50,971 bases of DNA from Octopus sinensis (Eukaryota): assembly GCF_006345805.1 (NCBI RefSeq), contig NW_021834363.1, forward strand, positions 1 through 50,971, read 5' to 3'. The notes below the pieces were generated by a model. The model did not search any database. It was not told the DNA's origin and worked only from the letters and a program-made list of their open reading frames with translations. A program made the position numbers and the translations under genes. Every line of letters begins with the position of its first letter. Within the stretch, counting starts at the first letter, position 1. This document shows positions 27,319 to 36,420 of this stretch, piece by piece.

Positions 27319-28900
27319 CCCATTAAATTCCAGAGTAATGAAATGTTTGAATATTACTTTTAAATTTTCAAAGATTATTGAAAAAAAAAGGGTAAAATGA
27401 AACAAAATCAATTATAAAAACTGCTTTACTTCAAGTAGAAATGGAAATACACGGGTTTCCCATAAAGAGGACCCTGGCCCAATGTGATATATTCATAAAT
27501 TCAAAATCCCTCATATGTTATCTGTTAATATATTCTATTGGTATTAAAGTTTATATGTAAAATGGCTAAAGTTTTTGAAAGAATACAGCGAAATAATAGA
27601 CTGAAATACAAAAAATACGATACAATTAACGATTGAAATACAAATCATACAAAAAAAAAGATTGAAAGAAATCTATTTATAAGACTATGCCTTGAGGAAA
27701 TGGGCCAAAACAGTCTAGACTCAGGGTGACGTTGCACTTTTCACAATAATTTAGTGAATCAGTTTTTAAATAGTCCACGCATTGACAACAGTCCTATCAA
27801 TAACTTTAGCCAACAATGGTCTGCACCACTTTATGCGTCTAATTGAGGTTGCACATTTTGACACCAACCAGTCGGGCTTGTCAACTCCACCCATGCAATT
27901 GTTATATGAGCCGCAAACATGGGGTCGGGTCACATTGCCTTTGCTTTTACTTCCTTTACTCTAGCGTTGTACATTGCAAATGGGTTCGACTGAATCAGGA
28001 TTAGTCCCAATTCTCAAACATTTAGTGTCAAGCCAACTAACTACAAGCAATTCATTATTGATTTGAAATGTATAATCATATGAACATCTTGGCTCCTTTC
28101 TCATCAATGCTCTTTCCTTTAGAGAACATCTCTTGAGACAATTATCTCTCGTAGCGGTTGCATCAAATCCCATTTGCCCGAGGTGCCCTAACAGATCATA
28201 CTTTGTGAATATATTATCAAAATATACGGAATGTGACCGAGGATCATCTACCATTCCAAGAAACTCTCCTTCCAAGTGGAAGATCGTCTTCGGGTCCTTT
28301 TTGAATTCTCTTGCCACAATACAGATCAAAGTGGTAACAAAAATTCTGAAACACAGCACAATGCCCAAAATTTTTAACGAAATCTTATGGGTTTCCCTTT
28401 TATAAATTGTTTGAGTGAATTATGCCCCCATAGTAGTTGACCATCATTACATCGACTGACAGACTTTTTTCAAAAATTTCGAATCTCTTGAAGGAATTCT
28501 GAACCATATTAAAGAGGGAACGAACTGCATAACATTTATCATGTTTATTCTCCTCCCAATTTTCGTTATTCTGAAGTGAATGGTGCTTTAAAGATGCTGG
28601 AGTGGATTTCTTGTAATAGCAGTTTTGATTAATGATACACCCATATATTCGTCACTTGACCAGAGTGGTTTCTTGTGAGAGGTAACCTAAGATAACTAGA
28701 ATATATTAGAACTCCAAGAACTGTTTCCATTCATCTACAGAAAAGGTTTCGAATATATCCTTCCTGACCGCAGAATTTGTTTCTTTGTGGGTTTTCTTGT
28801 TCCTTGCTCTGCCCTCTTCTTCTCTTCGGCAGTATGAGTTTCATCTTTTGCTGTGTTAAACTGTCCGAATGCTTCAATCACCTCTTCTCTCTTCACGAAT
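27319..28900 (-). mobile_element. piggyBac (PGBD2/PGBD3-like) transposon relic, copy 1
   Basis: TTAA (27315-27318) followed by CCC terminus; HSVYFDNIFT (DDD domain), YNNCMGGVDK..WL, KWCRPLLARVID. The other terminus was not identified. Confidence 0.85.
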
Positions 28901-28904
28901 GTTT

Positions 28905-29225
28905 TATTGTTTATGAAATAGGCAATATGCTTAAATAAGTGATGATTAGTTGGAGAGATATCAGAGAATGCTGCAAAATCTCATAATTCAGGATTTGCAA
29001 CATTTGGACCGTAGCTTGTGGAGAGTGAGCACGTGCAATGTCGTGGAGCAAAATTGGGCCATCTCTCTTCACTAGCCTGGGTTGCTTCTTTTTCAAATTC
29101 TCACGCATACAATCAATTTCCTAGCAATACGATGTTGTTACCGTTTTCCCTTGTTGCAAATATGAATAATGAATAACTCCCTTCGCGGACGACCATACAA
29201 TGACAACCAACTTTTTAGGGTGCAA
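28905..29225 (-). mobile_element. mariner transposase catalytic-domain fragment
   Basis: GKTVTTSYC...RDGPILLHDIARAH...LNYEILQH, matching the mariner LLHDNARPH...WEVLPHP region. Confidence 0.85.
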
Positions 29226-29479
29226 TGGTGCGTTTAGGTGACTCTCCTGCATTTAATCACTGTCCTGTTATATATATATATATATATTATATTATATTGT
29301 ATTAAATTAGAGATAAAACCACTATTAGGCAAATCAAACAGTGAAAAATATAAGCCAATACATAAACTTAATTTTAAAATATAAAAGTTAAAACTTAAAA
29401 AATAAAAAAAATTATACATACAGTCATCTCACAACTTTAGTCACACCCAGAAAAGTTTATATATATATATGTATATTTA

Positions 29480-30282
29480 AATGGGTTATTCCCCTGACTG
29501 ATTCCATTATGTTCTTTACAAATGCATTTACAATTTTATATTTATATATTCTACAAGTATTGCAAATCACACACTCATGTTCAAGCTTAGTTATGATAGT
29601 ACAGCCTGTCTACACCTATTGTCTAGGTTCTGCTTTAATCAGGAAAACGCAGAGGAAATTCATTTCGATGTTTGAGAAATATTACTGAGATTTTTAAGAA
29701 ATTGGCAAACATTTTGTTTTCCAGTATTTGTTGTACGTATACCATTCAAAGTGACAGACTCAGAAAGGTAAGACGATTATTATTATTCGTGTGGTTTAAC
29801 ATATTTTCCTCCAGAAGAGGTCTCTGTCTTCTCGTGAAGAAGTTTCTGCACCTCTTCTCATGTCACTGTATACTGCTGCCTGGTTTCGCTTAAATCTTTT
29901 GTTTACTGTTTTTCTCTTGGTTATTCTCTTCTGATTTCCGGGTTTGTCACTGACAACTTTTTGCTCCGGTTTCAGAGACATTAGTTCGAAAGTGAGTGTC
30001 CTCCGTTTATCTGTTGAGCTGTTGCTTTTGTTCTGTTCCTTGGTTGTGTTGCTGTTGATGTTGTGTCCAGCCATGTTGTTTGTAGTAAATCTCTGCATGC
30101 TAAATTAAAGTTTCAGTCGAAAATCAATACAATCTTTAATAAAAGGCTCCTTCAGTTAATTCATCTGGAGATTAACCAGTTATTTAACAGGGCTTCAAAG
30201 ATGGAGATAGTATTCATCGTATCTTCCATAAATAGTCTTCCATACTAAATACGCGACGCGTCACTTCGAGCCAGCCTGTCCG
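29480..30282 (-). mobile_element. Lineage-C LINE relic, duplicate of 21730-25150 without the Helitron and with deletions
   Basis: Blockwise homology to 21760-22040, 22380-22590, 23000-23117 and 24995-25150. Confidence 0.7.
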
Positions 30283-30707
30283 TATGTATGTATGTATGTA
30301 TGTATGTATGTATGTATGTATGTATGTATGTATGTATGTATGTATTATGTATGTATGTATGTATGTATGTATGTATGTATGTATGCATGCATGCATGCAT
30401 GTATGTATGTATGTATGTATGTATGCATGTATGGTTGATATTTCCTGATCCGGCATTGCAAATGCATACCCTTCAAAGTGGGAGGTAGCAATCCAGCTAT
30501 TGGTCCATGATAAACTGCTTTGATGATCGATGTTTATATTGTTTAGTGAAAGGTGTTTTGTTACAGTTGCCAATGTAAGATATATTTTCATCCACCCCTA
30601 GATACCAGATACAGGGGAAACAGTTAAATTATTGACGGAGTTGTTACTAGTCTGGTTTAAAGTATTCCCCCTTTTCACAACCATATGACAACATTTATAC
30701 TGACCAA
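30283..30707 (-). mobile_element. (TATG)n tract plus deleted duplicate of the lineage-C LINE at 25401-27260
   Basis: 30437-30540 matches 26080-26180; 30584-30707 is nearly identical to 26650-26775. Confidence 0.8.
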
Positions 30708-30758
30708 TATATGTTACATATATATATATTTCTCTCATTTCTGTTTTTGATAATTTAA

Positions 30759-32420
30759 CCCATTAAGTTCCAGAGTAATGAAATGTTTGAATATTACTTT
30801 TAAATTTTCAAAGATTATTGAAATAAAAAGGGTAAAATGAAAGAAAATCAATTATAAAAACTGCTTTACTTCAAGTAGAAATGGAAATAGACGGGTTTCC
30901 CATAAAGAGGACCCTGGCCCGATGTGATATATTCATAAATTCAAAATCCCTCATATGTTATCTGTTAATATATTCTATTGGTATTAAAGTTTATATGTAA
31001 AATGGCTAAAGTTTTTGAAAGAATACAGCGAAATAATAGAGTGAAATACAAAAAATACGATACAATTAAAGATTGAAATACAAATCATACAAAAAAACAA
31101 GATTGAAGGAAATCAATTTATAAGACTATGCCTTGAGGAAATGGGCCAAAACAGTCTAGACTCAGGGTGACGTTGCACTTTTCACAATAATTTAGTGGTT
31201 TCCTGTTGTACGACTTATTTTGACAACGTCGTTGCTGATCTCGTTTAGCTATTATATGGCCTTTCAAATCAAATTGAACGTCAGCAATTGGTGTGGATGG
31301 TGTGATCGTCTTTGTTTATTGTTCAGATTGCTTAGCAGTGGAGAGCTTTAGATATGAAACGCATAGATATCTCCTGAAATCGAGTAAATATTTATGTTTC
31401 CTCCTTTCCCTCGTTGATCAGTTTGTAAATAGTCCACGCATTGACAACAGTCCTATCAATGACTCTAGCCAACAATGGTCTGCACCACTTTATGCGTCTA
31501 ATTGAGGTTGCACATTTTGACACCAACCAGTCGGGCTTGTCAACTCCACCCATGCAATTGTTATATGAGCCGCAAACATGGGGTCGGGTCACATTGCCCT
31601 TGCTTTTACTTCCTTTACTCTAGCGTTGTACATTGCAAATGGGTTCGACTGAATCAGGATTAGTCCCAATTCTCAAATATTTAGTGTCAAGCCAACTAAC
31701 TACAAAGATTTCATTATTGATTTCAAATCTATAATCATATCAACATCTTGGCTCCTTTCTCATCAATGCTCTTTCCTTTAGCGGACATCTCTTGAGACAA
31801 TTATCTCTCGTAGCAGTTGTTTCAAATCCCATTTGCCCGAGGTGCACTAACAGATCATACTTTGTGAATATATTATCAAAATATACGGAATGTGACCGAG
31901 GATCATCTACCACTCCAAGAAACTTTCCTTCCAAGTGGAAGATCGTCTTCGGATCTTTTTTGAATTCTCTTGCCACAATACAGATCAAAGTGGTAACAAA
32001 ATTCTGAAACACAGCACAATGCCCAACATTTTTAACGAAATCTTATGGGTTTCCCTTTTATAAATTGTTTGAGTGAATTATGCCCCCATAGCATTTGACC
32101 ATCATTATATCGACTGACAGACTCTTTTCACAAATTTCGAATCTCTTGAAGGAATTCTGAATCATGGTAGAGATAGAACGACGTACGTAACCAGTATCAT
32201 CTTTATTCTCCTCCCAATTTTCGTTATTCTGAAGTGAATGGTGCTTTAAAGATGCTGGAGTGGATTTCTTGTAATAGCAGTATTGATTAATGGTACACCC
32301 ATATCTTCGTCACTTGACCAGTGGTTTCTTGTGAGGGGTAACCTAAGATAACTGGAATATATTAGAACTCCAAGAACTGTTTCATTCATCTACAGAAAAG
32401 GTTTCGGTTTTAATCCTTCC
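30759..32420 (-). mobile_element. piggyBac relic, copy 2
   Basis: TTAA|CCC at 30755-30761 with the same outer flank as copy 1. Retains about 230 bp of transposase 3' end (31200-31430) that is absent from copy 1. Confidence 0.85.
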
Positions 32421-32479
32421 GGGCCGCAGAATATCGAACGTTTTCTTTCGCTGTGTAGTCATATATTTCTGGTGTTTGC

Positions 32480-32830
32480 ATTTCCTCAAACATTTCATCA
32501 GGGCTGCGTTATTGCAGAGCATCTTGCATTTTTCTAAAACATTCTAACTAATTCTTAATTCTTGGCTGAGCTTTTTGTGTATTCAAGTATCTCTTTCGAT
32601 GTAATCGAGGTGCTCCTCCCGCAAATATTTCAGGCCTAATGTAGAAAGGATTATTATTGGTATGAATGCAAATTCGTAATCTGGATATAGAAGCTGGAAG
32701 TTACAATGCATTTGTCCATAATTAGCTTCTTTGTTTTTGATTTTCAAAGAGATATTCCCATCAGCAGGGCAACCGACCTGTACGACGGTACATTCTTTTT
32801 CTTGCCTGTCCCAGACAACAATATCTGACT
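32480..32830 (-). mobile_element. RLE-domain fragment of an R4-like LINE related to lineage C
   Basis: KHNESDIVVWDRQEKECTVVQVGCPAD...QLLYPDYEFAFIPIII. Confidence 0.75.
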
Positions 32831-33305
32831 CGTTATGCTTACCTTAGCATGAATGCACACCTGTTTCTGTCACACCAACCTCTCTTCATCTGGCACAACA
32901 TCACTTCTTCCAATGCTCCCTCCCCGTCTGAAAGAATATTTGTCTTGCAAATTACTTGGTGACCCTGCAAATGTTGGTGCCAGGTAAAGAGCCACCAATC
33001 CACACTGTAAAGTGGTTGGTATTTTCGAAGGGCATCCAGCTGTAAACATCATACCAAAACTGGCCTACTCTGTGCTGGGGCCACGTAAAAGACACTCTTC
33101 CGGCCTGTTGGTTAGGAAAAGCATCCAGCCCTAAAATCCATGCTAAAATATACACTGAAGCCTTGTGCAAGCTTTTGCCTAGCCAGCTCCTGTCAAACCG
33201 TCCAAACCATGCCAGCATGAAAAGCAGACGTGAAATGATGACGATTATGATGAAGATAACAAGGATGATGATGACGGCGACGACGATGATGATGATGACG
33301 ATGAT
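32830..33305 (+). mobile_element. RTE-type LINE/SINE 3' tail ending in (GAT)n
   Basis: gaagggcatccagctgta...ccatgccagcatgaaaagcagacgtgaaatgatgacg resembles RTE 3' UTRs from memory; non-coding. Confidence 0.55.
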
Positions 33306-33874
33306 TCATCTATATTTTCAGCTGCCCCTTAGAACGCCAATGGCTTCAATGTCTCTTTTATTGATTAGGTATTTAGTAGCAATCTCCCGTTCTTGGACTG
33401 TAAATGCATACCTTTCGAAGCCTAGTGTGATGTATCGGTCATGAGTCCAAAAGGGGCTTCGTTTCATCTCTGTGTTACTATCATCTTCAGGTCTACTAGA
33501 AACGTACTCATACATGGTCATTTCATAGCGTTCCATTTTTAATCTATTTGAAATGAAATTCATACTCATTTCATATATCTTTACCATCTACATTCAAACC
33601 TCCGTATTTTCAGTTCAAATATAACTTGATTCAGTTATGATGCTAATTTTAATAAACTAGGTAGTATCGAATGCAATAGAAAATATCCTGCAACCGTTGA
33701 ATAGAAAATATCGACCTTGAAACGGGGATATGTTTAACCATAAAAGAGGTACTCGGCAACAGCAAAATGCATTGATTTCTCAGATACATTGACCACAACA
33801 CTTATGATTATTTCGTAACAGTGCAAATGTCTATGAAATAAAGAAACGGAGTTGAATCTTCATTACTTAATATG

Positions 33875-33898
33875 CTCTGTTTTTTCATATTTTTACAG
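33875..33898 (+). promoter_or_regulatory. Putative 3' splice acceptor of a 5'-UTR intron, 10 nt before the ATG
   Basis: Polypyrimidine tract ctctgttttttcatatttttacAG then ataaccaaatATGG (A at -3, G at +4). Confidence 0.6.
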
Positions 33899-33908
33899 AT
33901 AACCAAAT

Positions 33909-36131
33909 ATGGCTGCCGTGCAGACGACAACAACAGCGACCAGTTCTCTTATTCTTTCAATCATTCTTATTATCACACTGACATCACTAAACATCTCTGC
34001 GAAGGAACTCGGCAATGATTGTGAAGTTAAAATCCCTCCCAATATCGGTGAGATTTTATCTCGTTTAGTGAAATTAGAAAAAGAGGTTTTCAATTTTGAA
34101 GTCCATTTATCAAACAAGACACTTGATGAACTTCTTAATCCTGTGCCATTGGATTATTTTGCAAATGCGAGGAGTTTTACGTGGATTCCAGATAAATCAG
34201 GCGCTTTAACTCTATATAAAACTTTCCCCTATGATTTTTCAATGCATACTTTTAATATGTTGGACGTCTACGTTGCTAAACAAAGGATTGATATCAATAT
34301 CACTTGTGGAAAACAAAATATTCAGAGACACGATTTAATATATTTGATATTCCATGCATTGAAAAGAATCATATTTATGGACAAATTGCAAATGGCAGAA
34401 TCTGGATACATGTGTTTTTATATAAATTTGTCTCAAGACATGAAGAAGAACAGCCCTGGCACATTTGAAGCTCACAAAAGAATTGGTAATAATCGAGAAC
34501 TGTTGAAGAACTATTGCTGTAAACTCTATAAAAATGGAAGCTATTTTTATCACTCCAAATCTATTTGTTCAGGAAAAATTATTGAGAATGCTATGTTTCA
34601 GAATTTAGCACGTATCGCCGGAGCCGTTTTGTGGGCTATATTACCATTACTCATTAGTTTCGTATCAAAAGCGAAAGTACCTTCACATTCCCGTCAACTC
34701 AATCTGCCACTGTTTGCTCACGATGAATTCATATTTACAATTAAAAACACATTACCATACAAATCCGAGTGGATCAATGTAAAACATAATATTTACACAT
34801 TCTCACATTTTCTGTCTTGGGTATTTTGTTTCCACAATTCCTCTTTCTTTGCCTCAAGACTAAGAAGATTCCTTTGTATTCTATTTTCACTTTCAGTACT
34901 CTTTCTGGATCTTTTGATGCATTACTTCTTTTTATATGAAACAATAGAAATTCTTTACCAAGATGGTATCCCATTGGGCTATCGCGCCCTAATATTAGGA
35001 ATAACAGAAAGTTATGATAATACAGATGGCTTCTTGGGGGGTCCGTTTTTGTGGTTCACGGTCTACATATTTTTTAGCTTTATTCTCTTTGTTCTTCCCA
35101 GTCGAACAAGTGAGACTATCGCTTATAATACATTACATCAAAGATCCACTTTCACGTTTCTTATTCAAAATAAGAGATTATTAGAGAAGTATGGCAGTTT
35201 AAATGTTTCTACACAACAGGATTATGATCTACTCTATGCAATAATGAAAGCTAATGTTTCTACTGCTTTAAACTCAAATTTCTGGATTTTAATAATGTAT
35301 ACTTGGTTCAAACGTATAAAGAAAATTTGGTTATATTACTACAGGAGAAATATTTTCTGGCAATTCATTGCGCTTTGGCTCTTTATTTCCATTACAATTT
35401 TATTTGCTGTATTTTCTGTCTGTGAATTATTTCTATGCCTCGTTTATTATGGAATCCCATTTGTTTATCTGATTTTAACTTTACCATTAAGTTATTTCAG
35501 AGTTTATATTTTCCCCCTGTATTTGAATCCTAACTATATTTTCAAGATTATTGCTTTCATTTTAACATTCATATCGTTTCTATGTTTTATAGTATGGGGA
35601 ATTTATTCAATCTATATATTTGCAGTAAGTTTTAATATCCTTTGCGAGTATGTATTTTCAATAGCTGTTGCAGTACTTGCTAAGCCTGATACTGTTGGTG
35701 ATATATGGTTTGTTTCCATGTTTCTTCTCTATGGTATTGCAATCATAAAAGCTATCCAGAAACAGTATGACTTCATTCTGCTTGAATCCATAAAGCTCGC
35801 CAAAACTCTTCGTCCAAATTTAGTTCAGTCAAAATATGGGGAAGAATTCATGGATGCCAGTGTGTTCAAGACAATTATTTACCATCATTTTCCATTGAGA
35901 TACGAAATTGGTAAATCCATTGTAAAATTGTTTCTAATCGTAACCTTTTTCTTTGCTTGCAACAATATAATAAGTCGAGAAGACTTGAACTTATCAGCAT
36001 TCACAAAGATTACTTTGATATTGATGACGTCTATGATACCTAAATTTTTGTCTATAGTAAATGCAGATCGTAGGTTAACAATAACCATGTTAGATAAAAT
36101 GATCCAAACAATAAACTTATTTGAAGAATGA
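33909..36131 (+). CDS. Uncharacterised 740-aa multipass membrane protein: signal peptide, ~200-aa ectodomain with 6 Cys, about 9-11 hydrophobic segments; single coding exon
   Basis: 2.2-kb uninterrupted non-repetitive ORF in TE-riddled DNA; signal-like LILSIILIITLTSLNISA; sequons NKT, NIT, NLS and NGS before the first TM; paralog at 1-526. No TE motifs; family not recognised. Confidence 0.9.
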   Translation: MAAVQTTTTATSSLILSIILIITLTSLNISAKELGNDCEVKIPPNIGEILSRLVKLEKEVFNFEVHLSNKTLDELLNPVPLDYFANARSFTWIPDKSGALTLYKTFPYDFSMHTFNMLDVYVAKQRIDINITCGKQNIQRHDLIYLIFHALKRIIFMDKLQMAESGYMCFYINLSQDMKKNSPGTFEAHKRIGNNRELLKNYCCKLYKNGSYFYHSKSICSGKIIENAMFQNLARIAGAVLWAILPLLISFVSKAKVPSHSRQLNLPLFAHDEFIFTIKNTLPYKSEWINVKHNIYTFSHFLSWVFCFHNSSFFASRLRRFLCILFSLSVLFLDLLMHYFFLYETIEILYQDGIPLGYRALILGITESYDNTDGFLGGPFLWFTVYIFFSFILFVLPSRTSETIAYNTLHQRSTFTFLIQNKRLLEKYGSLNVSTQQDYDLLYAIMKANVSTALNSNFWILIMYTWFKRIKKIWLYYYRRNIFWQFIALWLFISITILFAVFSVCELFLCLVYYGIPFVYLILTLPLSYFRVYIFPLYLNPNYIFKIIAFILTFISFLCFIVWGIYSIYIFAVSFNILCEYVFSIAVAVLAKPDTVGDIWFVSMFLLYGIAIIKAIQKQYDFILLESIKLAKTLRPNLVQSKYGEEFMDASVFKTIIYHHFPLRYEIGKSIVKLFLIVTFFFACNNIISREDLNLSAFTKITLILMTSMIPKFLSIVNADRRLTITMLDKMIQTINLFEE

Positions 36132-36229
36132 AATACATCACGCAGAAGTTTATCAAGTTATTTGATATTCTTCGATACGATGAAAAGTACATAAGTGTGC
36201 TTTATGGATTATTCACTACACTGTATAAC

Positions 36230-36266
<37 letters not shown>

Positions 36267-36274
36267 TAATAATA

Positions 36275-36306
<32 letters not shown>

Positions 36307-36311
36307 TAATA

Positions 36312-36342
<31 letters not shown>

Positions 36343-36348
36343 TAATAT

Positions 36349-36405
<57 letters not shown>

Positions 36406-36420
36406 TATAATAATAATAAT
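36230..36420 (+). repeat. (AAT)n microsatellite, start of retroelement train 2
   Basis: Direct reading. Confidence 0.95.

Noticed and set aside
29470-29490. aatggg|ttat as the second piggyBac terminus
   Set aside because: The sequence also aligns with the lineage-C LINE at about 21748, and the TTAA and TIR matches are imperfect.
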